Positions 12,560 through 22,260 of a stretch of DNA of 36,606 bases are shown here, piece after piece. Where the stretch lies: assembly GCF_001194135.2 (NCBI RefSeq), contig NC_068998.1, positions 9,698,405-9,735,010 on the forward strand, given 5' to 3'. This DNA comes from Octopus bimaculoides (taxonomy: Eukaryota). Every line of letters starts with the position of its first letter. Position 1 is the stretch's first letter. Both the position numbers and the translations under genes were made by a program. Under the pieces are notes generated by a model. It made no database searches. It worked only from the letters and a program-made list of their open reading frames with translations, and was not told the DNA's origin.

Positions 12560-13165
12560 TCAAATCACCAACAGGAACTTATTCATATGTTTCCCACCGC
12601 TAAACATTTCAGATCTGGAATTCAGCAGTGCGATGGAGTTCTTAGATCTGAAAAGGATCTGTGTTTTTTCAGCTATGCATAGCTAACATTTTTTTTTTTT
12701 TATCCGTTGACATATGGTGTAGACTTTTCTACTATTTTTCCCTTTATTGTATATGGTGTAGCGTTAAATTTCAAACCCCATGCGTGGCTAGCCAACGTAG
12801 TCGCTTTACTTTTGTTCCTGTGTCGGCAGGAAGATATGTGGTTAGCATAGCGAGTTTTGAAATCGCCTTCACATATCCCAATGTAGCTCTCTGTTTTTCG
12901 GTTGTTATCATTTAGCACTGTTGTAACTTCTGCCTCATATATAACGGATTCACTCATGCACCTCTGGTCAGGTGCACAAGTTACTGGGTCTCGACAGTTA
13001 CAACTGGGAGTAGACTCTTGGTGCAGTTTGCGTGTAATGATGCATTTCATATAGGGACAGCAGCTATATGATAACTTAACTGAGCTCCTGTTGAATATTT
13101 TTTCTGTATCTGTGATTTTCTGGAAAATGTTTGTCAAAGAGAGACAGGAACCTTTTACCTATGAC
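12560..13165 (-). mobile_element. Penelope-like element: RT thumb end, Cys-rich linker and GIY-YIG endonuclease; 5'-truncated and frameshifted
   Basis: IGKRFLSLFDKHFPENHRYR / KIFNRSSVKLSYSC ... CNCRDPVTCAPDQRC (CxCx5Cx5C) ... VIYEAEVTT ... SYIGICEGDFKTRYANH ... / C*LCIAEK...LLNSRSEMFS..H.NKFLL, with the stop at 12560-12562. The putative 3' UTR extends to ~12250. Confidence 0.9.
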
Positions 13166-13212
13166 GTTTTCCAGAAAATCGCAGATACAGAAAAATATTC
13201 AACAGGCGTTCA
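13081..13212. repeat. Inverted repeat with ~50-bp arms (13081-13130 / 13164-13212) and a 33-nt spacer
   Basis: The arms differ by 4 substitutions and 1 indel. Confidence 0.95.
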
Positions 13213-13558
13213 GTAACCGACGGTGTGCCAGTCTTTAATCTTTTAATCTACATAATCTTTTTTCTTTTGTCTTTTTTTAAACAGAAATATTCAAAAGTTG
13301 AAATGAAATACTAAACTAAAAGAATTTTTCTAAATGTGAACTGGTTTAAAATTTTTTTTCTCCTTTTCGCTAGTTTCCTTTCTTCCATTTTGTATCTTCC
13401 ATTTCTAAAAATTCTCCAGACATACCCGGAGGAATGACCATCTATTTCTAAACATATATCCGGCAGTGTCTAGCTAGGCTGTACTCTATTTTCAAACTTC
13501 GCTTTGAAATGTAATCTTGATAGTAAGTCTTCGCATAAAAGAGAAAACGTTCTAACAC

Positions 13559-13560
<2 letters not shown>

Positions 13561-13627
<67 letters not shown>

Positions 13628-13748
13628 NNNNNNNNNNNNNNNNNNNNNNNNNNNNNNNNNNNNNNNNNNNNNNNNNNNNNNNNNNNNNNNNNNNNNNNNN
13701 NNNNNNNNNNNNNNNNNNNNNNNNNNNNNNNNNNNNNNNNNNNNNNNN

Positions 13749-13817
<69 letters not shown>
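13561..13817. repeat. (CT)n microsatellite spanning a gap
   Basis: Direct inspection. Confidence 0.95.
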
Positions 13818-13821
<4 letters not shown>

Positions 13822-13835
13822 GCTCTTTCTCTCTC

Positions 13836-14100
13836 CCTCGTGGCCTAGTGGCTAGGCTGTTGTACTCACGATCGCTACATCGTGGGTTCGATTCCCTGAT
13901 TGGGCGGCTCGTTGTGTGCTTCAGTAAAACACTTCATTTCACGTTGCTCCGGTCCCCTTTGTGATAAGCAGGGAAATGCTGGCCTGCTCGCACGGCCAGC
14001 GGGATGGCGTCATTTGAAGGCTAAAACAATGCAAAAGCGCATTGTGACCAGCGATGTGTAACAACATCTGATAGTCTGGTCTATCACGTGATCACGCGAT
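13836..14100 (+). mobile_element. tRNA-derived SINE (family B)
   Basis: A box TGGCCTAGTGG at 13841-13851 and B box GGTTCGATTCC at 13885-13895; cacttcatttcacgttgctcc is shared with the 5768-6103 copy; a degenerate relative lies at 28463-28650. Confidence 0.8.
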
Positions 14101-14361
14101 ATCTATCTATCTATTTATCTATCTATATGTATGTATTATGTGTGTGCTGACACGTACTCATACACATACACATATACAAGTATATACATACATGCATAAC
14201 CCTCATACACACATAAGCAAACGCACTCGTGCATATACATACTTATACATGCAATATATATACATACATATACATAAACGTATATATATATTCGCCATGT
14301 TGGACCACTGAACTCAACACGTTTTTTTTTTTTCATTCTCTTTCTATTTATTTCCTCTTAA

Positions 14362-14400
14362 TCTTTTCTGTCGAAGAGCGTAGGCTCGAAATATAAAAGA
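14362..14400 (+). ncRNA. Degenerate minimal type I hammerhead ribozyme motif in a probable Penelope pLTR relic (~14330-14500)
   Basis: UCUUUU-CUGUCGA-A-GAGC(GUAG)GCUC-GAAAUAUA-AAAGA. Stems I and II are present; the core has A6>U. Confidence 0.45.
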
Positions 14401-14751
14401 CTTTACTTTTTCTTTTTTACGAGCGTCAAACTAATACACTTGCTTGTTGTTCCTACAATTGTCTTCGTCTTTGTTTTTCTATAAATTTGAGCTATCCACA
14501 CACACACACACACACACACACGTTTATATATATGGTGATCTCATATTAATATAAAGAGCGCATGACCTTGCAGGTGGGGCCCAGTTAGAATTTTCTTCGG
14601 GTGAGGTAACCTGTCCCACTGAAAACGTCCCTGAATAAGGTTTGTTTAAGGATGATGAAGGAGATACCCATGCCTCTAGAGGTGAATTATTCAAACCCCA
14701 AAGAATTCCCCTCAGCACATGGCTATGATGCTCCACTACTTCACTTCATCT

Positions 14752-14900
14752 ATGTTCGTTCTATGTTCAAATTCCGCCGAGGCCAGAAAAATAAGTACCA
14801 GTTGAAGACTGGGGTCGATGTAATCGACTCACCCCCACCTCCCCCAAGCTGCCCTTGTGGCAAAAAAAAAATTTGAAATAATTATTATTATTATTATTAT
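14752..14900 (+). mobile_element. SINE family D (Nin/Deu-like core family), internally deleted, with (ATT)n tail
   Basis: gttcaaattccgccgagg...aagtaccagttg..ctggggtcgatgtaatcgact...cttgtggcaaaa is shared with the 22044-22260 copy. Confidence 0.75.
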
Positions 14901-14929
14901 TTCTGTTTTGGTGTTTTCTCTTTCAGGAA

Positions 14930-15149
14930 ATGTACACGACGATATGCCGGAGACCACAAACGCTGTTATACATAGTAATCGGAATTTCTATTGGCGTTTT
15001 TATATCAATGTTGAGTAATTCATTCCAAAGTTTCCCACGGACTAAGTTTGCTGTACACAACACCGACTCGAACTTAGACTTCCACGACTCTGAAACCGAC
15101 CATATTGATGAACATCACGAACCACATGACGATTCACATGCACATCATG
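14930..15149 (+). CDS. C1GALT1: C1GALT1-like coding exon 1 (cytoplasmic tail, TM helix, His/Asp-rich stem)
   Basis: Polypyrimidine tract plus AG at 14925-26 and ATG at 14930. The type II TM segment is LLYIVIGISIGVFISML. The donor GTGAGT at 15150 (phase 1) joins exon 2 in frame (G|AT = Asp74). Confidence 0.88.
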
Positions 15150-15959
15150 GTGAGTTTTGGTTGTTGTTCTTGCTATTATTATTACTTTGGTTTTTGTTTT
15201 GCATCTTATTCATTTCACAGTAAGTACTGCTATAATATAATACTATTGCTATAGTATAATAATTTCTTACATAAGTCACACCGATTTCGTTAGCACTCAA
15301 CAAACTCGCTTTCACGCGATTTCATCTCTCAACGATATTTGGATCTATTTGTCACACATGAGGAATTATCTTGGATGTGTATTCTACTTGCATTTATTGG
15401 TGTCTGATTGTTAGATATAGTTGACCAAATTCGTTTAACGCTGAATGCCTTATAGATATCTGCTTGGAATTTTTAATCACTTTTCTTATATATATTTAGA
15501 AATGTCTATAATATGTATGTATATATATACTCTTCGAAACGCCTGTGTTAGAATGGGGGTAGCTGATGAAGGAAAATGTTCTCTATGTGGCTTGTGTGTT
15601 TTCTGTACTCTGGTTATTATTATTTTGTCTACGTTTTGTTTGCAATGTCCTGTACCCAGATATGCACCTATATATACAGGTAGACGTAGGTATGCACATA
15701 CCTGTACGTATATATGCATATACTCATTTATTATTTGTTTTATATATATATATAAGGGGCAAATACCCTGAAACTAGTCTATAGATGCCAGACCAACAAG
15801 GGGAAGCGGCTGACCTCCCCTGTTTGAAGGTTATAATGGACACAGGTTCGTGTGTCACATAGCTAGCTAGAGGCGATGGCCTCTTGGAGCTAATCAACGG
15901 CAGCATTCGTCCTATTTTGGGGACTGCCATGTTAGCTTGGCGATGTTTCTAATTGTCGA

Positions 15960-16408
15960 AACGTAAAATTCATGTCCAGGCCATGTCTAACTTACTAGCA
16001 CCACCTGATAGGATTATCTAAATCCGTTTTACAGTCAAGTTTTGTCTATGGTCCATTCAAGTAGTGAGTTCTTATTGAGTGAGTTGTATCCAGGTATGGG
16101 TGGCTTTTCTGGTATTCCTTGAAGAAAACTGTCCAGACTCCGTTTAAAGCTGATAGGATCCTTTTCCTCTTTTATCTGTTTCGGGACAATGTTAAACAGG
16201 GCAGGGCCTGTTGAGGAAAAGAAATTATGCCGCAGTGTACCTATATGTTGTGATCCTGAATTGAGCAGGGGACGTACGGCTCGTTGTCCCAGCCTTGGAT
16301 GAACCTTGAAACTAATGTTCAAGTCGTTTGGGTAATGCTGGCGGTATATTCTCCACATCGTACAAATGAGGTACCGCTCGCGGCGGAGCTGGAGAGAGTA
16401 GAGAGTAC
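15960..16408 (-). mobile_element. CR1-type LINE 3' fragment (RT C-terminus and 3' end), in intron 1
   Basis: LQLRRERYLICTMWRIY...FKVHPRLG...FFSSTGPALFNIVPKQIK...FKRSLDSFLQGIPEKPPIPGY..NSLLEW, typical of the CR1/L2-group ORF2 C-terminus. Confidence 0.8.
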
Positions 16409-17618
16409 ATGGATGGATGGATGGATGTGTGAGAGAGAGACAGACAGACAGGATTTTTCAGATAATGCTTGAAGTGAATGCCAAGCCTTCCTGCTTCAAG
16501 AGGATTTCAAGTTGTTTTATGGTTTTCGTAACTTAGTTTAATAGTCTGTTTATGATGACGATGACACTAATGATGATGGTAGTGGTTATCGTGGCGGCGG
16601 CGGTGGTGGTGGTAGTAGCGGTGGTGTAGCGGCGGTGNNNNNNNNNNNNNNNNNNNNNNNNNNNNNNNNNNNNNNNNNNNNNNNNNNNNNNNNNNNNNNN
16701 NNNNNNNNNNNNNNNNNNNNNNNNNNNNNNNNNNNNNNNNNNNNNNNNNNNNNNNNNNNNNNNNNNNNNNNNNNNNNNNNNNNNNNNNNNNNNNNNNNNN
16801 NNNNNNNNNNNNNNNNNNNNNNNNNNNNNNNNNNNNNNNNNNNNNNNNNNNNNNNNNNNNNNNNNNNNNNNNNNNNNNNNNNNNNNNNNNNNNNNNNNNN
16901 NNNNNNNNNNNNNNNNNNNNNNNNNNNNNNNNNNNNNNNNNNNNNNNNNNNNNNNNNNNNNNNNNNNNNNNNNNNNNNNNNNNNNNNNNNNNNNNNNNNN
17001 NNNNNNNNNNNNNNNNNNNNNNNNNNNNNNNNNNNNNNNNNNNNNNNNNNNNNNNNNNNNNNNNNNNNNNNNNNNNNNNNNNNNNNNNNNNNNNNNNNNN
17101 NNNNNNNNNNNNNNNNNNNNNNNNNNNNNNNNNNNNNNNNNNNNNNNNNNNNNNNNNNNNNNNNNNNNNNNNNNNNNNNNNNNNNNNNNNNNNNNNNNNN
17201 NNNNNNNNNNNNNNNNNNNNNNNNNNNNNNNNNNNNNNNNNNNNNNNNNNNNNNNNNNNNNNNNNNNNNNNNNNNNNNNNNNNNNNNNNNNNNNNNNNNN
17301 NNNNNNNNNNNNNNNNNNNNNNNNNNNNNNNNNNNNNNNNNNNNNNNNNNNNNNNNNNNNNNNNNNNNNNNNNNNNNNNNNNNNNNNNNAACAAGTAGCG
17401 TGTATTATCTCTGCTGCTGTGTTCTACATAGAAATACGTGACTCTACAGCCAGACAAACCCCTCGTACAATGCACGCCTGACTCAATTTAGATTTGTGTA
17501 TCAGTTTTTAGTATGCCAGCACGTTTCTGGTTCATTAGATTTAATTAGCTGTAAAAATTATATGTTATTTCTCAGAAAATTCATAGATTTTTTTTTTTTT
17601 TTCAAATTATTGAAATGC

Positions 17619-17783
17619 AGGTGCAGTCATAGCTGTGTGGTAAGTAGCTTGCTTCCCAACCACATGGTTCCGGGTTCAATCCCACTGCGTGGCACCTTGG
17701 ACATGTGTTTCCTAGTTTATCCTCGGGTCAACCAAAGCTCTGTGTGTAGATTTGGATGACGGAAACTGAAAGAAGCTCGTCGC

Positions 17784-17823
<40 letters not shown>

Positions 17824-18025
17824 TGTGTGTTGTTGTGTCTGTGTTTGTCTCTCACCACCGATGTTGGTGTGTTTACGTCCCTGTAACTTGGCTCTTCGGC
17901 AAAAGAGACTGGTAGAATAAGTTTCAGGCTTTAATAAAAATAAAAATGTAGTGGAGTCGATTCGTTCGACTAAAATTCTTCAAAACGGTGCCCCAGCATG
18001 GTCGCAGTCTAATGACTGAAGCAAA
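17619..18025 (+). mobile_element. tRNA-derived SINE family A, full length, with an internal (GATA)n tract
   Basis: The head aggtgcag..gctgtgtggtaag...ggttcaatccc matches 35742-36050 and the reverse complement of 34133-34292. Confidence 0.85.
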
Positions 18026-18183
18026 ATTTCAATTTCTAATAACACTGGCACAAAGAAATATTTTCTTAAACTCTGCGAATTATTTACTTAAAGTTAGTCG
18101 AATCGTTAACACCTTGGATAAAAAAAGAAAAACTTAGCGACATTCCTTCCAACTCATTACGCTCTATAAAGAAATACGAACGC

Positions 18184-18472
18184 GGTTGACTTTGCCTTTC
18201 ATCCTTCGGGATCGATAAAATAAATATCAGTTAGACACTGGAGTCGATGTAATCGACTAGTCTCCTCGCCCCGTCCAAATTTCCGGCCTTTTGCCTTCAG
18301 TAGAAAGAATTATTGGTGATATCTAAGGTGGTGAGCTGGCAGAATCGTTAGCACGCTGGACAAATTGCTTAGCGGTATTTCGCCCGTCGCTACATTCTGA
18401 GTGAAAATTCCACCGCGGTCGACTTTGCCTTTTATCCTTTCGGGATCGATAAATCAAGTACCAGTGAAACAC

Positions 18473-18475
<3 letters not shown>
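18184..18475 (+). mobile_element. Two head-to-tail SINE family D copies (18184-18314; 18325-18475), followed by (ATT)n
   Basis: Both carry gactttgcctttNatcctt(t)cgggatcgataaa; the second has the ggtggtgagctggcagaa head. Confidence 0.85.
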
Positions 18476-18534
<59 letters not shown>

Positions 18535-19086
18535 TATCTCGTTTCTAAAAGTTGGTTTTTCATTCACTTTATTATCACCGATTTCTGGTTTACAAGCTTT
18601 CTCTGCGAAGTTATTCACGAGAAATTCTAGAACTTTCAGCGTCATTTTCACTAAGCTGTATTTAAGAAATTATATATGACTCAGTGGAAAAAAGAAGCTG
18701 TGTACATATTCACATTCCTTAAATTTGTTTTTTTTTTTCTTTCTGAAAGCAGATCTATGGTTGCAGAAACGGTTTTTAAACTTGTCATCGTTCACGCCGA
18801 TATAACATTGCATGTGTTCCCTTATTAAGTGCCTAATACTTTAACGTTGTTTTAGAAGGTAATTGTTTTCGGTAAGCATTTTCCATTAAGCTGTCAGGTT
18901 TTGTTTTCTCCTGAAACTACATTCGTTTTACTGAATGTTATCTGGACTGACACTTTAGCAATTACACAATCGAAAATACAACAAAAAGTGAGAGAGAGGG
19001 AGATTATTCGTTACACATTTGTCAGTTATAGGAGTTGTGATTTTAGCCAAGTCGCAAGTCTTGATTTTTAAATACTTGTCTGTAAA

Positions 19087-19087
<1 letters not shown>

Positions 19088-19145
<58 letters not shown>

Positions 19146-19155
19146 ATAATAATAA

Positions 19156-19186
<31 letters not shown>

Positions 19187-19695
19187 AAGAAGAAGGATAA
19201 TAATAAGAAGAAGGATGATAATAATAAGAAGAAGAAGAAGAAGAAGGATGATAATAATAAGAAGAAGAAGAAGAAGGAGGATGATAATAATAATAAGAAG
19301 AAGAAGAAGAAGAAGAAGAAGGATGATAATAATAATAAGAAGAAGAAGAAGAAGGAGGATGATAATAATAATAATAAGAAGAAGAAGAAGGAGGATGATA
19401 ATAAGAAGAAGAAGAAGGAGGATGATAATAAGAAGAAGAAGAAGGAGGATGATAATAATAATAAGAAGAAGGAGGATGATAATAATAAGAAGAAGAAGGA
19501 GGANNNNNNNNNNATAATAAGAAGAAGAAGAAGAAGGAGGATGATAATAATAAGAAGAAGAAGGAGGATGATAATAATAAGAAGAAGAAGGAGGATGATA
19601 ATAATAAGAAGAAGAAGGAGGATGATAATAATAAGAAGAAGAAGGAGGATGATAATAATAATAAGAAGAAGGAGGATGATAATAATAATAATAAA
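19088..19695. repeat. Higher-order compound trinucleotide satellite: (AGT)n followed by ~15 units of (AAG)n-GAG-GAT-GAT-(AAT)n
   Basis: Direct inspection; a short N gap lies at 19504-19513. Confidence 0.9.
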
Positions 19696-20339
19696 AATAG
19701 TGTAATTTCGGACTATTATATACCGAGGAGTGTTCGTTGAAAAAATAATAATAATAATAATAATAATTGACTGCTGTTTCTAGCTGAAAAAGTGACCACA
19801 TTTGGAGTCCAATTTTTTTCGTTTCACTATTCAAAACGTCTCCGTTTCAAATCAACATGGCGTATTGTCACCAATTTTCAAAAGTAAAGACTCAACATAC
19901 GACGTCATAAAAATATAATTCTGGTGGATTTCGTTCTATTTATTTCGCTATTTTAGCAATCTATATCAATATTATTTCGCCTTTTTGGAGGTTTCTTGCA
20001 TATAGCTTATTAAAACACATGGTTTACCACAGCTGTAGCCTGCAGAATTTGTTATAATGTGTCCGTTAAAAAACAGGTGACTCTAATCATTTTTTTTTCT
20101 TTTTTCCTCAATATTCTCGTTTCAATACTATTGATTTCCGTCGATTTCAAACTGCCGTGTGGGTTACTGTTGCAGCTTCTTTTAGTCAGTTATATTACGA
20201 GTTTGGCGAATGTGTCTACATACGTACATACATACATGCGTACATACATACATACAAACATACATATGTTGGCATTGAATCTTGTCTTTATCTCTGCGTG
20301 GCTAAGGAGTCTGCATTGCACCTATCCTCTTTCGGATTT

Positions 20340-20455
20340 GATCGCACAGCGCAGCACATTGGGCAAGACTTTTCTAAGATAGCCCCGGACCACCAAAGGC
20401 TTGTGAGTGGAATTCTTCAGAGGGAAATTTTGTGGAATCCCGTCGAAATTGGCAG
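20340..20455 (+). mobile_element. Degenerate internal fragment of SINE family A
   Basis: cacattgggcaagacttttctaagatagccccggaccaccaaaggcttgtgagtggaatt resembles caccttgggcaag...gaccaaagccttgtgagtggattt in the other copies. Confidence 0.5.
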
Positions 20456-20655
20456 ACTTAATCGGTCACCCGGTTTAACACCACAACCCAGCCTTTTAGT
20501 GCCTTTAATAGAAACCCCTCTTTTGTATATACTCCTGTTAGATAGCTAGTCAAAGATCCTGAAATAGACCAACGCTGCAGCCCCTTCTACCTAAGCTGTG
20601 ACATATAAGAAGGGGTTTTTTTTAACCCAATATTTACACGTTATTATTTATAGCT

Positions 20656-20976
20656 TATCTTAAGGTTCAGAGTTCAAACTTCATCAAGGTCGACTTTGTC
20701 TTTCATTCTTACGGGCTCGATAAAATAAGTACCAGTTGAACACTGGGGGTCGATGTAATCGACTGATCCCTTCCCTCGAACTTGCTGGCCTTGTGCCAAA
20801 ATTTAAAATCATTATTTGTAGCTTATCTTTACGTTCTGAGTTCAAATTCCGCTGAAGTCGACTTTACCTTTCATCCTTACGGAGTCGATAAAATAAGTAC
20901 CAGTTGAGCGCTAGGTTGGATGTAATTCACTGGCCCTTTCCCTTGAAATTTACTTGTGACAAAATTTAAAACCATC
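20656..20976 (+). mobile_element. Two tandem 5'-truncated SINE family D copies (20656-20813; 20824-20976)
   Basis: Each runs from ..gttc.gagttcaaa through gtcgactt..ctttcat.cttacgg..tcgataaaataagtaccagttga to ..aaaatttaaaa.cat.att. Confidence 0.85.
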
Positions 20977-21113
20977 ATTTATAGCTATTCTGCTTCAAGA
21001 TCCAATGTTCCAAAGAAAGATTTTATTACTTGATTGTTTGACATATACCTTTATTTTCATTTCTAATAGATTTTTTTTTTCCTTTTTTTTTTTCCTGCTT
21101 TAACATAAACCAG

Positions 21114-21769
21114 ATGACTACACCATTGCTGATGCGATGAAGAAAAAAATCCGTGTCTTGTGTTGGGTTATGACAAGTCCAAACTCTCTGGACACCAAAG
21201 CCATACATGTGAAACATACGTGGGGAAAACGATGCAATAAAATACTTTACATGAGTTCAGTGTCTGATCCCAAATTTCCCACCATTGGTCTAAATGTTTC
21301 CGAAGGGAGGCAACACTTAACGGGGAAGACCATGCAAGCGTTTCAGTATGTTTACAAACACCACTTCAACGACGCTGATTGGTTTATGAAAGCGGATGAC
21401 GACACCTACGTCATTGTGGAAAATCTTCGGTATTTTCTCTCTACTAAGAACCCAAACGATCCCATTTACTTTGGACATCATTTTAAAACCATAGTCAAAG
21501 GAGGTTATCACAGCGGCGGTGCCGGGTACGTACTCAGTAAAGAGGCTTTGCGTCGATTTGCCTTGCTAGGAAATTCAATGCTTTGTCGTCAAGATGGAGG
21601 AGCTGAAGATGCAGAAATAGGCAGCTGTTTAATGAAGTTAAATGTCACAGCCGGAAAAACTGTTGATAACCTAGGAAGATCACGGTTCCATTGTTTTGGT
21701 GTGTCTACACATCTTCACGGAGGTTTTCCGGATTGGTTTTACAAATACGATTCAAACGGAGCTAGATCT
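21114..21769 (+). CDS. C1GALT1: C1GALT1-like coding exon 2 (GT31 catalytic domain)
   Basis: Acceptor CAG at 21111-13 and donor GTAAGT at 21770 (phase 0). Motifs RVLCWVMT, TWGKRCNK, DWFMKADDDTY (DxD), SGGAGYVLSKEAL and EDAEIGSC are characteristic of T-synthase. Confidence 0.95.
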
Positions 21770-22043
21770 GTAAGTATCTAATTCTACATCATTGTTACCC
21801 CGAATTTTCCACCGCTCCTCATTATGCTGTTGACTTTTCGTTGTTGTTTTTTTTTGGTGAGGTGTATTTCTGTTTCGTAGTCTTTGAGTTTGTTTATGTT
21901 TTTAATTCCTACCAACCTTCCACCACACCAAAATCATGCATGAAATTGTTCTGCTTTTGTAAATTGGGCTATTTCCCCACTTTGCAACATTCAAACGTTT
22001 CTGTTCCGTTCACACTTTTACCATCAATAATTATTTCCAAAAT

Positions 22044-22260
22044 AAGGCGGCGAGCTAGCAGAAACGTTAGCACACCGGGCGAAATGCTTAGCGGTATTTC
22101 GTCTGTCTTTACGTTCTGAGTTCAAATTCTGCCGAAGTCGACTTTCCCTTTCATCCCTTCGGGGTCGATAAATTAAGTATCAGTTGCGTACTGGGGTCGA
22201 TCTTATCGACTGGCTTCCTCCCCAAAAATTTCGGGCCTTGTACCTAGAGTAGAAAAGAAT
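22044..22260 (+). mobile_element. Full-length SINE family D with an 18-bp target-site duplication, in intron 2
   Basis: TSD aataattatttcc(a/g)aaat at 22026-22043 and 22258-22275. The central gacttt.cctttcatcccttcggggtcgataaattaagta.cag resembles the Nin/Deu SINE core (from memory). Confidence 0.9.

Noticed and set aside
12680-12702. In-frame stops near Cys motifs as selenocysteine recoding (as in Naiad PLEs)
   Set aside because: The stops are TAA/TAG, not TGA, and are accompanied by frameshifts.
14540-14745. Probable interspersed repeat upstream of the SINE
   Set aside because: It feels familiar from memory of octopus sequence, but there is no second copy or diagnostic motif in the window.
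15530-15580. GAAAC...CTGATGA as a permuted (type II) hammerhead
   Set aside because: No stem I hairpin and only 3 bp of stem II. The segment resembles 30536-30563, so it is just another repeat family.
19850-19895. YY1-like CAACATGGCG and CRE-like CGACGTCA as an intronic alternative promoter
   Set aside because: Short motifs expected by chance; no supporting exon or TSS evidence.
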